Shown: one piece after another, positions 46,404 through 57,027 of the stretch
Layout of the letters: every line of letters begins with the position of its first letter
Numbering within the stretch: position 1 is the stretch's first letter
IMG/VR virus record: IMGVR_UViG_2724679223_000002
Span: 1-64,000 of that record
Origin: a virus
Lineage: Duplodnaviria > Caudoviricetes
Length of the DNA: 64,000 nucleotides
Reading direction: 5' to 3' (one strand)
The notes under the pieces: generated by a model
Databases searched by the model: none
What the model saw: only the letters and a program-made list of their open reading frames with translations
Told to the model about the DNA's origin: nothing
Translations under genes and position numbers: made by a program

Positions 46404-49400
46404 CTAGTTACTTCCATTTGGTTTTTTTCTTTGTTCCTCCCAACATTCTGTCCACATTCTTCTAATTTTCCCATTCAAATCTTCAATGCCATATACATCT
46501 CCGTTGTGAGTGATATTGAACGTCATATTCACATTTGCCGCCTTATCTGTGTAATAAGCATTTCCCAGCTGTGTATCTTCCTCTCTTCTGATATTGTTGA
46601 TTGCGTCAAATCCACCAAATCCCGCTGCCTCTAATTCATAGCTGAACTTCTTCATAATTCCATCCGCTATTCCTAAGACATCTTTGAAATTTCCTGCTTT
46701 TTCCAATTGTGCTTGGAAATTTTCCGCCCGGATGAATTTTTCTATCATTCCTTGATACAAAGCACTTTCACTGAATGCCTTAACCAAAGAATTTTTCACG
46801 CTATCATATAGAGATTGTCCCAATGCTTTTGTGAAACTAGAGAACTTATGTTCTTCCAATCCTGCGTTCATAGCACTCGATAAAGCGTTCTTTAAGTCGT
46901 TTATCCTATCGTTAAAATCACTCCACGGAAGCATTTTGTTGATTAAGGATAAATCTATTCCATTGCTTAACAGCTCTTTTTTTATGACATCTAAAGATTG
47001 TTTTACTTGCTTTTCCATAATGTCTAGGTTCTTCAACTTCTCAAAATCAAAGTCACTAAACAACCCTTTGAAATCAAGCTTCCCGTTCTTCTTAATGTCC
47101 ACGAGCTTATTTGATATTTTCTCAAAAGCTCGTGTTAAGTAGTTGTCTAAATCACTAAATACCACATCATATGCCACGCTAGAAGCGTTTTTAAATATCT
47201 TTTCAAAGTAAGACTTCATAGAACTTAAGAATCCACCATTTCCACTTGCAAATCCCTCTATCGTGCTATTTCGCACGTCCAACATAGAAGTAATTAACAC
47301 TTGGTTATTTTTCGCCATTTCTTTAATGGTTTCGTTGTATTGCTCTCCAACTAATCCCATTTGTTTGAATTGCTCTGTGTATTCCTTAATCAATTCTTTT
47401 TCTGTCTTATATTCCACGCCTGTAAAGCTTTCTAGTGTAGAACCTTTGAACAGATCCGCCTTTTCTTTTTCCAAGTATTTAATCTGCTCTACAAACTCAT
47501 GTACCTGTTTCTTCCATTCTTCAATAGAAGATTCTGTTAAGTTTCTTCCGGTTGCTCTTCGTAATGTTTCGTGATTAACGTTATGCAACACGCTATCCAA
47601 TTGCTTCATTTCACCATCTGTAAACGCATCCAATTCTGACTTACTAAACCCTAAGTATCTTAATAACTCGGATTCTCCAATATCTACTTTGGTATATGTG
47701 GATTTACTTTTCTTTCTAAAACCTGAACGGTATCTTTTAGAACCTTTTTCTATAGCAGTAATATCCGCAAAATGTTTTCCCGCTATCATAGAATGATGTA
47801 ACAAATCAAAGTTGCTTTCTCCTCCGAAAATCATTTTGATAGTTGGATTTTTCGCAATATCTGTCAACATTCTATCTGCAAAGCTTTTAATTCTTTCGGA
47901 GTTTTGTTGAATAGCTTGCGTTAATTGCTGTAATGCGGAAATCTGCTTCTTATATGCTTCTTCATTTTCTTTATTTCTTGCGTCAATTGCTGCGGCTTTT
48001 TTCTTTCCGCTTCTTCCGAATAGAGAGCCTATTGTTCCTACTAGAGCAATTCCACCAGTAACCGCTCCAGCTATTGCCCCTAATGAAGTCATTCCTGCGG
48101 TGAAAGCACCAGAAGCTCCACTAAACATTCCGGTAATAGAAGACATTCCACCCCAATTTTTCAAAGCACTTCCGATACTAAAAACATTCCCAAGAACATT
48201 TCCAATACCGCTCATTGTCTTGCTTCCTGTTGCACTTCCTAATTGAGAGAATGTATTTGCAAGCAATTGAATTCCTTGTCCCCATTTTTGCCAAGTCGTC
48301 AAACCTTGTGCCATTACATCTTGTTGTTTTTTCTTAATTTCATCTAAATACTTTTTGTAATCTTTCAAGAATTTTTCGTCTAATAAACCATCATTTACCA
48401 TTTTCTCTACTATTGCAATTTGTCCTTCAATAGCTGGAATTAAAGCGTTATAACGAGAAATTTGTTCATCAATTGGCATTTTTTCAATTGCTTCTGCAAA
48501 TTCTTGTAGTTTTTCTTTTTGCTCATCAAGTGGTAATTTACGAAGTGTATATTCCATATTTTTCAATTGGTCTTCCAATTCTTTTAAAGCATACTCGTCA
48601 ATTCCTTTTATTTTCTTGCGTTCGATTATTTCTTTTTGAGCTTCTATCATTTGTTCTAAATCTTTCTTTTTTTGTTCAAATGACTTTGCCATAGACTCAA
48701 TGTTAATTCCCTTAGAAAGATATGAAATTTTATCTGCTAGAATGTCTAACTTGACATTATTGATTGCTCGATTGATTTCATCAATATATTTTCCATATTT
48801 ACCTTTTGCTTTTTCCAATTCTGCTAGCTTTTCTTCATTTGTAAATTCTTTTGTAATGTTAGCTCCAATTTCAGACATTAACTTTTCAAATCCCTCTCGG
48901 AATTTCTTAGCAACATCTTCGGCAGAATTTGCTAAATCTGCAACATTTCCTTCAGTAGGAACTACATTTTTATCTTTCCCTTTAGCAACTATAGGATTCA
49001 ATGCAGCTTGTTGTTGCTCCCAATATTCTATACTTGCTCCATTTTGTTGTTTATTCTGATAATCAAGGTTTACAGCTTCAATCTCTTTTCCTATTTTTCT
49101 TAATAACTTATTTGCTGCTTCTATAATCCAGTTGACAAAACTTCCTATTGCATTTGCTACACTACCTATAGCTTTTCCAACCATTCCGAATACACCATCT
49201 CCGGTGAAAGTATTTAATAGAAATGTGTATAGCTGCTTTCCAACATAGATGATATTAGAAATGAATTCTTTTAGATTTGTTAAGACTTTTCCCCACACTT
49301 GAGTCACATTTTTATTCTTAGAAAGAATATCCCAAAGTAGTTTTAAAGCTAATATAACTGCTCCCACAACTGCACCAATTAAAGCTAGTTTTCCTAATAA

Positions 49401-51095
49401 AGCTACAAATACTTTTACAGAACCTAAAATATAAGGAATGATTCGCCCAATAACACCGCCTAAACTTTTAAGGGCAGCAGTAAATCCTCCAGCAAATAAT
49501 GATTTGAATTTTCCAATCATCCCTTGAAATGAAGTTAACAATCCTGCAAACATAGAAGTTTTTGTTCCGGATGTTCCCATTCCAGGTAATTGCATTTGTT
49601 CTGGAGTTTTTTTAGCAAAATAAGACATCACGCTTAATCCTTGAGCTTTTATGTTATTTCTAGTTGCTCCTAAGCCATTTTTAAGTACGCTTAACATATC
49701 TTTTTTTACTTCTGCACCAGTTAAAATTCTTAATCCCTCTAAAAATCCATTTGCAAATTTAAGACCTTTCAAAGCAATTCCTAAAGTCACAATTGCTTTT
49801 CCAAAACTTACAACTTTATCAATATTTTCTTGTGAAAACACTTTGTCAACATCAATACTTTTTATTTTTTCCATCAGTTTATCGATTTGTGGAGCAATCG
49901 TTTCAAATATTCTTAATCCAAATTCTTTTAAAATTTCCTTTACTTGTTTGAATTTTTGAGTAAAAGTATTCATCATTTTTTGAAAAGCTTTATCTGTTGT
50001 TCCACTAGCATTTTCCATAGCTTTTAGACTATCTATGAATTTATCCATATTGTTTGCTAATACCAACGCTCCGGACGAAGAACGAATGCTTGAGAAAACA
50101 TCAATCAAAGTCATTCCGCTTTTTTTAGCACTTTCATTCAAAGAAATTAACGCTTCTTGCAGTGTTCCACCTTGCTCTTTAAATTGCAAGAAAGATTTTC
50201 CATATATTTTCTTAAATGCCTTATCTGCGTCTGTTCCTGTTTTAATTAGCTCATTCATCATATTTTTTAAATATGTACTTGCTTCTGGAGCTTTTACTCC
50301 ATTTGCAGTCATAGTCGCCATAGCTCCTGCTAATTCTTCTAAAGATACTTTCGCAAGTTTAGCAGTAGATATGATAGGTCCCATGTATTGTGCTAATTCG
50401 GATACAACAATTTTCCCTTTATTTTGTGTTTGAATTAGAATATCAGATACTCTATTTACTTCTGACATTTCCATTCCATATCCATTTAAGATTGTTGTTA
50501 AAACGTCAACAGCAGTAGTGGTATCTGTAAATCCTGCAATTGCTAATTTATTTGAATATTCTAAAATTTTATATTTTTCAGGAACATCTCCAACAGCAGA
50601 TACAATCTCATATAGAGCTCCAGCTAACTCTTTTGAAGAAGTTCCTGAAGCCATAGCCATATTACGAACTTCTTTCGAAATCTTTTTAAAACTATCATCT
50701 GAAATTGTTTCTACTTTTTTTATGTTCGATTCTAAATCTGCGAATTGTTTGCCTGCAATGGTAGTATAAGCAACGATAGCAGTAACAGCTCTTGTTGTCC
50801 ATTTTTCAATTGACAAAAAAACATCTTTAGACTTTGCTTTTAAACTTTCTAAAGATTTTTTCATTTCTGCTAATTGAGTTTGTGCTTCTTGACGTAAAGT
50901 TTTGATATTTTCCTGTAGCTTTTTAAAATCAAGTTTATTGATTTCTCTTTCCATTTCTTTCGCTTTCGCCATCATATCCTTTAGATATTTCTTAAATTTA
51001 TTTGTTGACATACCAAATCTATTTGCCATTTTTTTAAACTCTGGACTAGCTTCATCATTCAAAGACACCGTCATTGTCATATTGTTATCTATCAT
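46404..51095 (-). CDS. Tape measure protein (TP901 family)
   Basis: 1563 aa; minor-tail core (ELAGALYEIVSA...TQNKGK). Confidence 0.9.
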   Translation of the reverse strand: MIDNNMTMTVSLNDEASPEFKKMANRFGMSTNKFKKYLKDMMAKAKEMEREINKLDFKKLQENIKTLRQEAQTQLAEMKKSLESLKAKSKDVFLSIEKWTTRAVTAIVAYTTIAGKQFADLESNIKKVETISDDSFKKISKEVRNMAMASGTSSKELAGALYEIVSAVGDVPEKYKILEYSNKLAIAGFTDTTTAVDVLTTILNGYGMEMSEVNRVSDILIQTQNKGKIVVSELAQYMGPIISTAKLAKVSLEELAGAMATMTANGVKAPEASTYLKNMMNELIKTGTDADKAFKKIYGKSFLQFKEQGGTLQEALISLNESAKKSGMTLIDVFSSIRSSSGALVLANNMDKFIDSLKAMENASGTTDKAFQKMMNTFTQKFKQVKEILKEFGLRIFETIAPQIDKLMEKIKSIDVDKVFSQENIDKVVSFGKAIVTLGIALKGLKFANGFLEGLRILTGAEVKKDMLSVLKNGLGATRNNIKAQGLSVMSYFAKKTPEQMQLPGMGTSGTKTSMFAGLLTSFQGMIGKFKSLFAGGFTAALKSLGGVIGRIIPYILGSVKVFVALLGKLALIGAVVGAVILALKLLWDILSKNKNVTQVWGKVLTNLKEFISNIIYVGKQLYTFLLNTFTGDGVFGMVGKAIGSVANAIGSFVNWIIEAANKLLRKIGKEIEAVNLDYQNKQQNGASIEYWEQQQAALNPIVAKGKDKNVVPTEGNVADLANSAEDVAKKFREGFEKLMSEIGANITKEFTNEEKLAELEKAKGKYGKYIDEINRAINNVKLDILADKISYLSKGINIESMAKSFEQKKKDLEQMIEAQKEIIERKKIKGIDEYALKELEDQLKNMEYTLRKLPLDEQKEKLQEFAEAIEKMPIDEQISRYNALIPAIEGQIAIVEKMVNDGLLDEKFLKDYKKYLDEIKKKQQDVMAQGLTTWQKWGQGIQLLANTFSQLGSATGSKTMSGIGNVLGNVFSIGSALKNWGGMSSITGMFSGASGAFTAGMTSLGAIAGAVTGGIALVGTIGSLFGRSGKKKAAAIDARNKENEEAYKKQISALQQLTQAIQQNSERIKSFADRMLTDIAKNPTIKMIFGGESNFDLLHHSMIAGKHFADITAIEKGSKRYRSGFRKKSKSTYTKVDIGESELLRYLGFSKSELDAFTDGEMKQLDSVLHNVNHETLRRATGRNLTESSIEEWKKQVHEFVEQIKYLEKEKADLFKGSTLESFTGVEYKTEKELIKEYTEQFKQMGLVGEQYNETIKEMAKNNQVLITSMLDVRNSTIEGFASGNGGFLSSMKSYFEKIFKNASSVAYDVVFSDLDNYLTRAFEKISNKLVDIKKNGKLDFKGLFSDFDFEKLKNLDIMEKQVKQSLDVIKKELLSNGIDLSLINKMLPWSDFNDRINDLKNALSSAMNAGLEEHKFSSFTKALGQSLYDSVKNSLVKAFSESALYQGMIEKFIRAENFQAQLEKAGNFKDVLGIADGIMKKFSYELEAAGFGGFDAINNIRREEDTQLGNAYYTDKAANVNMTFNITHNGDVYGIEDLNGKIRRMWTECWEEQRKKPNGSN

Positions 51096-51140
51096 TGTTC
51101 CACCTCCTTTTTCTAAAAAAAGAGGAAGTTTTATCTTCCT

Positions 51141-51329
51141 CTATTGCTTTTGGGATATGATCTCATTCAAAGCATTCTTCACATTCTCTAAATACCAAAT
51201 ATCTTCCCAATCGTGATGATTATATCCAACACTTTCTCCGTCAGGAAGAAACCTTAATTCATAAAACCCGGTAAAAGAATCTCTTCCTAGATAACGAATA
51301 TAAAAGCGTATTTTTTCTTTCATTTCCAT
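51141..51329 (-). CDS. Tail chaperone T domain (reached by -1 frameshift)
   Basis: Frame is open upstream to the A AAA AAC heptamer at 51419-51413. Confidence 0.65.
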   Translation of the reverse strand: MEMKEKIRFYIRYLGRDSFTGFYELRFLPDGESVGYNHHDWEDIWYLENVKNALNEIISQKQ

Positions 51330-51406
51330 AATTTCATCATAATTTTCTGCTTGTGGAGAAGTTTTCCGGTTATGGTAGTAATGTTCCGCTGCTTGAATAA
51401 GAACAT

Positions 51407-51796
51407 CTAGTCGTTTTTTTCCTCTTCCTCCTCTTCTTCTTTTACAGACAACTTATTCGCTTTTAAAACGTTAGATAATACTTCATCTAAGTTGTCAGCA
51501 TTTTCAAAGATTTTATTAAATGTTTGAGCAGAAATTTTTCTTTTTCCGTCTTCATAATCAAAAATAACTTCTCCTTCTTCTACAATTTTTGTAATTTGTG
51601 CTTGAAGTAACATAAATTCTGGAGAATTTTCAAATTTATTTTCTTCCACATTCAATGTAAAATCTTCTTTTTTCCTATTCATTTTTAAGCTTTTTGGCTT
51701 AATTTTTTCTTTATAATTATGTCGTTCAATAAAACTTAAGCGTTCTTTGTATTCCACATAATTTTCTTCTGTCCCGACTTTTAAAATTTTTTGCAT
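51407..51796 (-). CDS. Tail assembly chaperone G
   Basis: Between tube and tape measure; ends GAA AAA AAC GAC TAG. Confidence 0.7.
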   Translation of the reverse strand: MQKILKVGTEENYVEYKERLSFIERHNYKEKIKPKSLKMNRKKEDFTLNVEENKFENSPEFMLLQAQITKIVEEGEVIFDYEDGKRKISAQTFNKIFENADNLDEVLSNVLKANKLSVKEEEEEEEKND

Positions 51797-51813
51797 ACTC
51801 TATTCTCCTTTTC

Positions 51814-52776
51814 TTAATTTACAGTTCCAAATACAAATGTAATTGGAGTTTTTTTGCTTCTATCATTAAAAATTTCCAGTTCTTGTGTCATTCCTGCTCC
51901 TGATTTTTTATCAGTTTTTTGTACACTAGATACTCCAATTTTATGAAGTTGTACTCCAAATGACGTTTTCTCAGTTCCAAGCAATTTAATATTTGCCTTT
52001 CCTGTTTTTCCTTCAACTAATCTTTCATATGCAGTCTTGTATTTTTCTTTTTCATACCCAACAAATGTCAAATTTGCTTTTGCTTCAATGAAATTTGTTC
52101 TTCTAATTTCAGTTGCATCCGGACTTCCCAATCCAAATCTAGCTTCTAAGTTGTTGTTAATCGTAACAACTATAGATTGAGCATTTGCAGAAATATCTTT
52201 ATCATCTAAAGATAGATGAATTCCGTTACAAGTAATTACATTATCAATGTCAGATACATTTTCTCCAGTTTCACTTTTGCTATTTTTGTATTCAAATTTA
52301 TATCCAATCACATCAACTTTCATAGTGACATAAGATCCTTTACTAAAGTTCAACTCTACACTATTAAATTGAGCTCCTGTGATAATGTTTTCTTCTTGAA
52401 ATTCCAAATCTTGTTCCACGATTGTGAAGAACTTATCAATTTTTCCACCTTCATTCGCAATTCCCTTATGTGTTATTTTTTCTATTCCATCAAAAGTAAT
52501 TTCTCCACTAGGTGACAATCCGGGAACTTCAGAAAGACTATACCCGAAAGCTGGTAATAAATCTTTTAATGTTTCTGGTGTTACTTCTAAGGTAAAGCTT
52601 CCACTAGCTTTTCTTTCAGATACATATCCTTTTTCTCTATAAGCAGAATCTGTAAATGCTTCTGATTGCACTCTATTAAAATCCGGATTCAAATCCACTT
52701 CTGTAGCTGAATAAGCTTTTAAAGTGTTTGCTTTTGTTTTCGCATTATCCTGAACACCAATCAATAATTTAATCAC
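51814..52776 (-). CDS. Major tail (tube) protein
   Basis: ASGSFTLEV, ITGAQFNS, TINNNLE patterns; GTG start after AGGAGG. Confidence 0.7.
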   Translation of the reverse strand: MIKLLIGVQDNAKTKANTLKAYSATEVDLNPDFNRVQSEAFTDSAYREKGYVSERKASGSFTLEVTPETLKDLLPAFGYSLSEVPGLSPSGEITFDGIEKITHKGIANEGGKIDKFFTIVEQDLEFQEENIITGAQFNSVELNFSKGSYVTMKVDVIGYKFEYKNSKSETGENVSDIDNVITCNGIHLSLDDKDISANAQSIVVTINNNLEARFGLGSPDATEIRRTNFIEAKANLTFVGYEKEKYKTAYERLVEGKTGKANIKLLGTEKTSFGVQLHKIGVSSVQKTDKKSGAGMTQELEIFNDRSKKTPITFVFGTVN

Positions 52777-52790
52777 TCTTTTTCCCTCCT

Positions 52791-53231
52791 TTACCTGTAT
52801 TGTCCTCGAAATATTATCTTCACTACCCAAATTTCTTCTCCAACCTCATCAGTAGTGAATTTATAATGTTCTGTTTGTATTGAATAATTAAGAAACAATC
52901 CTTCTATCCCAATCATTCTTTCGTCTAGCAACTTATTAATAATCTCATCTTTTTTTTCTACAAAAGGAATCATATGCAAATCAGGTGTCATCGACTTAAA
53001 TAAGTAATGAATGATAAATCCTTTTGTTTCTTTCAAAGGATGAGCTAAGGAGATACCGTTAGGAGAGATAGACTCTCCCAACGGTTCTATAAGAATAGAG
53101 TTGCTAACTGGTTTTTTGAAAAGTTGATCTTCCAAGAAAGCAAACTTAACATAAGGAATAACACTAGGAATTTCTTGCAATATTTCTTTTACTCGATTGA
53201 GTAATTCCGCTGTACTTTTTACTTTTGTCAT
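52791..53231 (-). CDS. Tail terminator-like protein
   Basis: Synteny. Confidence 0.45.
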   Translation of the reverse strand: MTKVKSTAELLNRVKEILQEIPSVIPYVKFAFLEDQLFKKPVSNSILIEPLGESISPNGISLAHPLKETKGFIIHYLFKSMTPDLHMIPFVEKKDEIINKLLDERMIGIEGLFLNYSIQTEHYKFTTDEVGEEIWVVKIIFRGQYR

Positions 53232-53566
53232 AGAAACACCATAATTCCTTTCCCAGCATTGCTGGTGTCTGATTTCTTATCCAACGTTTCTTTATATGCA
53301 TCCAACAAGTCATAAAATTCTTGTTTTGCATCTCTTGCTAATTCTTCATTTGCCATTCTTGTATATACACGAAAATCAGCATGCAAATCTCGTAATAGTT
53401 CCAAATTCGTTTCTTTAATGCTCTTCACATCAATTCCGTAGGTATCTATTAAGAAATCCGCTTCTTTTCGCATATCTTCAAGTTTTTTCTCTACTTCTTT
53501 CCCATATTCTTCTTTTAAAAAAAGTTGAACATTTTCGCTATATCGCTCTAAAAAATCCTTAGTCAT
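53228..53566 (-). CDS. Head-tail adaptor-like protein
   Basis: Synteny after capsid. Confidence 0.45.
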   Translation of the reverse strand: MTKDFLERYSENVQLFLKEEYGKEVEKKLEDMRKEADFLIDTYGIDVKSIKETNLELLRDLHADFRVYTRMANEELARDAKQEFYDLLDAYKETLDKKSDTSNAGKGIMVFL

Positions 53567-53570
53567 AAAA

Positions 53571-54545
53571 TTATCCTAAAGTAACTTTATAAACTTTAAT
53601 CAATTTAGGTAATGCGATAGCTGGGAATGGAGCAGATTTTGCAAACAAAGTAGCTCTACCTGTTTGCTTATTGACATCTCCTTTATCAACAAACACATCT
53701 CCTCTCATCATTTCAGGATTATTTGTATCTCCTACAAATTCCAATCCTGCATATAATGGAACTAAGCTCATATTGTTAATAAGGAAAACTTTATCTTCTG
53801 TTTCTTTGATTAAATTTGTATATCCAATCGCAGGTGGTAAAGTTCTAATTTCACTTAAAACTCCATTGATATTGATAATTGCAGATTGTCCTTTCTTTTC
53901 TACTTTTGCAGCCAATAAACTTGCTTTTGTATTTTGAATTTCTGTAATTAGTTCTGCTGCAATTTTAGATCCTACCAAAATGTAGCTTGGCATATATCCA
54001 GTTTCAATTTGATAATCGTTGATTTTTTCTACAAAGAAAGTTACCCAAGATTTTGGTTTACTGTTTACTTCAACATCTTTCGGCAACTTCATGTCAACTT
54101 CTTGATTTCCTGCACATTTCACTTTTCCAGTCAGCAAAGCTTGTGCGGCCATTCTATTTGTTGTATTGCAAATAGAATTCTTCAAAGTCATAGTTTTGTT
54201 CTCAACATCATATTGAGAAGCTGTCATTTGTTGCCCATTTACCACTACAGTATCTGTTCTGTTCGCATTGATAGAATCTAATGCAGAGATTCCAACAGAG
54301 TTTCCAACGATGTCAGGAGTGATAGAAACTGCTACATTTCCATTTATTGTCATAGGTGGTAATTCTGTATCTCTTGGTACAATTCCTGCTTCCTTCATTT
54401 CTGCCATAACTTCATTTAAATTGATTGTTTCTCCTAGTCCCAAATATGCCTCTCTTGCTTCTCTAAACAAATCCCAGTAAAACATATTAGGACTTGGAAT
54501 TGCTGCATATACCCCAATGTATTCTTTTTGTCTTTCTGTTAACAT
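53571..54545 (-). CDS. Major capsid protein (lambda E family)
   Basis: RMAAQALLTGKV, C-terminal KSAPFP. Confidence 0.75.
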   Translation of the reverse strand: MLTERQKEYIGVYAAIPSPNMFYWDLFREAREAYLGLGETINLNEVMAEMKEAGIVPRDTELPPMTINGNVAVSITPDIVGNSVGISALDSINANRTDTVVVNGQQMTASQYDVENKTMTLKNSICNTTNRMAAQALLTGKVKCAGNQEVDMKLPKDVEVNSKPKSWVTFFVEKINDYQIETGYMPSYILVGSKIAAELITEIQNTKASLLAAKVEKKGQSAIININGVLSEIRTLPPAIGYTNLIKETEDKVFLINNMSLVPLYAGLEFVGDTNNPEMMRGDVFVDKGDVNKQTGRATLFAKSAPFPAIALPKLIKVYKVTLG

Positions 54546-54564
54546 TCATTTCCTCCTTTTCTTA

Positions 54565-54915
54565 TTAAAGAATTGCTAATCCTTGTGCCAAACAAATTCC
54601 TACTGTTTCTTCATCTAATTCTGAAAATGCCTTTTTTACTACCTCTTTATTTACAATTCCAATTTTTAATAATGGAACTACATCGTCCTTTCCAGTATTG
54701 TCAAATTCTGTTCCTTTTTCTTTTTTAACCATCGCTATTGCAAAACCAGTTTTATGTGTTTCTTTAACAAACTTAACCCATTTTTCTTCTGAATGATTGT
54801 ATGCAACTAAAGAATAAAGATCCACATCTTCATCTTGCTTCACTACTCCAGCTATAGTAAGAGTATCTTCTACAATTTGTGCTAACTCTTTTTCTTTTCT
54901 TTCATATTTAGCCAT
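54565..54915 (-). CDS. Head decoration protein
   Basis: 116 aa upstream of E-type capsid. Confidence 0.55.
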   Translation of the reverse strand: MAKYERKEKELAQIVEDTLTIAGVVKQDEDVDLYSLVAYNHSEEKWVKFVKETHKTGFAIAMVKKEKGTEFDNTGKDDVVPLLKIGIVNKEVVKKAFSELDEETVGICLAQGLAIL

Positions 54916-55016
54916 TATTTTTTCCCTCCTTTTCTTTCGTTATGTTTTTTGTTCCAAAAATGTGCAGCAGTTCCAATTACCGCTAACACAAACATTAAAA
55001 CTCCTATTTTTGTCAT
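54915..55016 (-). CDS. 33-aa single-TM peptide MTKIGVLMFVLAVIGTAAHFWNKK...
   Basis: RBS AGGAGG; TAATG overlap. Confidence 0.5.
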   Translation of the reverse strand: MTKIGVLMFVLAVIGTAAHFWNKKHNERKGGKK

Positions 55017-55028
55017 CTTTTCCTCCTA

Positions 55029-55979
55029 TTACTTTGAAAATCTAGCTTTTGTTCTATCATAAGCTTGCTTCATCATATCTGTTTTTTCTTCTTTGTTTTC
55101 AAATTCTAATTCTTTTGTCTTGCTTGTAAAATTAGCAGCGTCTTCCATTGTTTCTATCGCTTTTTCAAATCTTTCAAAATAAGACATATTTTCTTTCTTT
55201 CCATTAGATTCAAATTCCAAAACAATTGCTCTTTCTTCTCCTGCTTTCTTTAATGCAAATTCAATAAATTCTTGTTGTGCTGGTGTGAATTTTGCTTTTG
55301 CCTTTTCAATCAATTGATTTCTTTTTGCTTCAAATTCCATTTGAGCTGTGATTTCTGCTCGAATTTCATCTTCTGTTTTCGGAACTTTCGGTTCTACTTG
55401 AATTGCTTCTACTTTTTCCCATTCCATAAGTTTTCTCATTCCGCTTCTTTCTTCGTCAGTAACAGTCGAAACCAAACTATTGATTAATTTTGCTCTATCA
55501 TCTAAAGAAAGAACTGGGAATGTTGCCATAATTTGTTCTAGTGTCATTTTTTCCTCCTCAAATTCTTCAAATTGTAAATAAATCCCTTGTAGTTCATCTT
55601 CTTTTAACTCAAATTCCGCTCCTGCAACCTGTGGTTTTACACCCTTTGGCAATACTGCAATTTTGTGTAAAGTATTTGTCTTAGGATCTATTTCTACAGA
55701 TACTCCCTCCAAAATCTTGTCATTGTAGTATCCTGCTCCTTTTTCATTGAATTCCACATCTCCAAATACAACCAACTTTCCATTTTTATTTAAAAGTTCG
55801 AAATTAGAGAATTCTCCAACTGAAACAGGTTCTTCTTCTTTCTTTGCCCAATGTGAGCTATGAGCAAAAATACCCGGAATTTTATCTACAACTTTTTCAA
55901 AAACAGCTTTCACTCTGTCTGCTTCAAAATTTCCTTGAGGATAATTACCACTTTCAAACACTTTCAATCTTTTTTTCAT
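55029..55979 (-). CDS. Prohead protease/scaffold (Mu gpI-like)
   Basis: H...VSVEI...LHKIAVL...PQVAG then helical scaffold. Confidence 0.7.
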   Translation of the reverse strand: MKKRLKVFESGNYPQGNFEADRVKAVFEKVVDKIPGIFAHSSHWAKKEEEPVSVGEFSNFELLNKNGKLVVFGDVEFNEKGAGYYNDKILEGVSVEIDPKTNTLHKIAVLPKGVKPQVAGAEFELKEDELQGIYLQFEEFEEEKMTLEQIMATFPVLSLDDRAKLINSLVSTVTDEERSGMRKLMEWEKVEAIQVEPKVPKTEDEIRAEITAQMEFEAKRNQLIEKAKAKFTPAQQEFIEFALKKAGEERAIVLEFESNGKKENMSYFERFEKAIETMEDAANFTSKTKELEFENKEEKTDMMKQAYDRTKARFSK

Positions 55980-56170
55980 TCTTAGTCACCTCCCTCGCAC
56001 TATGCTCTCTACTAATAGATGAGGGTTAACAATTTTGTTAATTTTTTTGCATTTTTTATGCTTTTTTAGAAAAAAACATAAAAAAAGACGAAAATAGTAT
56101 ATTGTTTTTTCAAAAAAAATAAAAAAAAGACTGCAAACATTTCTGTTTACAGTCTTAAGCTATAGAATAA

Positions 56171-56752
56171 TTAAAATTCTTCTCTAATTGTCATAGCGAT
56201 AAAATCTTTACTCTCATTAGTAAATATTTCTCTTTCTATCATGATATTTGGAACTACAGAATAATCTAGTTCCTTTTGAGTAATTGTATAATCTACAATT
56301 CTCTTAAACTCAAGAAGTGCTGTATAGTTTCTTCTTGATATTTGGTTGGTAGTTCCTTCCCAACCGTTTATGATTAAGAGTTTGTTTTTTTCTTTATCAA
56401 ACTCTTCTGTTTTCTTCAAAACTTCTCCAAAGTGCTTGAATAATTCGTTTCGAACACTTTGATTTTCGATTTCTAGTAAAAGTCTTAACACGGGCATAAT
56501 ATAATTATTCCCATGAAAACAGACATAACTTGTTATGTCTGCAACTTTTCTTGCAGAATCAAATTCCTTGTTACAGAAGCATTCATTATAAATAAAGTTT
56601 ATTTTTTCAAGATAAACTTTATCTCCTTCTCCTAAATATCCATATTTTTCTTCCATTTTTATTCTTCCCTTCTTGCAATATTCAAGAAGTAAATCATAAA
56701 AATTCATATAGACTTCTTTTTTTATTCTATCCTCTAATTTAAATTTTTTCAT
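56171..56752 (-). CDS. Hypothetical protein (accessory)
   Basis: ATGA-coupled to the upstream regulator. Confidence 0.55.
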   Translation of the reverse strand: MKKFKLEDRIKKEVYMNFYDLLLEYCKKGRIKMEEKYGYLGEGDKVYLEKINFIYNECFCNKEFDSARKVADITSYVCFHGNNYIMPVLRLLLEIENQSVRNELFKHFGEVLKKTEEFDKEKNKLLIINGWEGTTNQISRRNYTALLEFKRIVDYTITQKELDYSVVPNIMIEREIFTNESKDFIAMTIREEF

Positions 56753-56931
56753 TGTTTTTTCTCCTTTTCTAAAAGTAATTCTAGACCTCTCACTATTTTA
56801 CTAGTGAAGGTCCCTTCTATTTTTTCGATTTTATCCAGTAAGTCTTTTTCAAGTCTTACTGTTTTATAAATTTTCGTTGAGCTTTTTGGTCTTCCAGCTC
56901 CTTCCCTTTTTCCTCCATGTCCATTTTCCAT
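56749..56931 (-). CDS. Small RHH regulator (Aca-like candidate)
   Basis: HGGKREGAGRPK...KTVRL. Confidence 0.6.
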   Translation of the reverse strand: MENGHGGKREGAGRPKSSTKIYKTVRLEKDLLDKIEKIEGTFTSKIVRGLELLLEKEKKQ

Positions 56932-57027
56932 TGATTTTTCCCTCCTCTTTTGCTATACTATACATGGAGATACCACTCTATTTTTTATATAGCCTACTTG
57001 AAACTGGTACTTCCAAGTAGGCTTTTT
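56931..57027 (+). ncRNA. Candidate counter-transcribed sRNA
   Basis: TTGATT-17-TATACT (56931-59); AGCCTACTTG/CAAGTAGGCT hairpin plus T tract. Confidence 0.45.
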
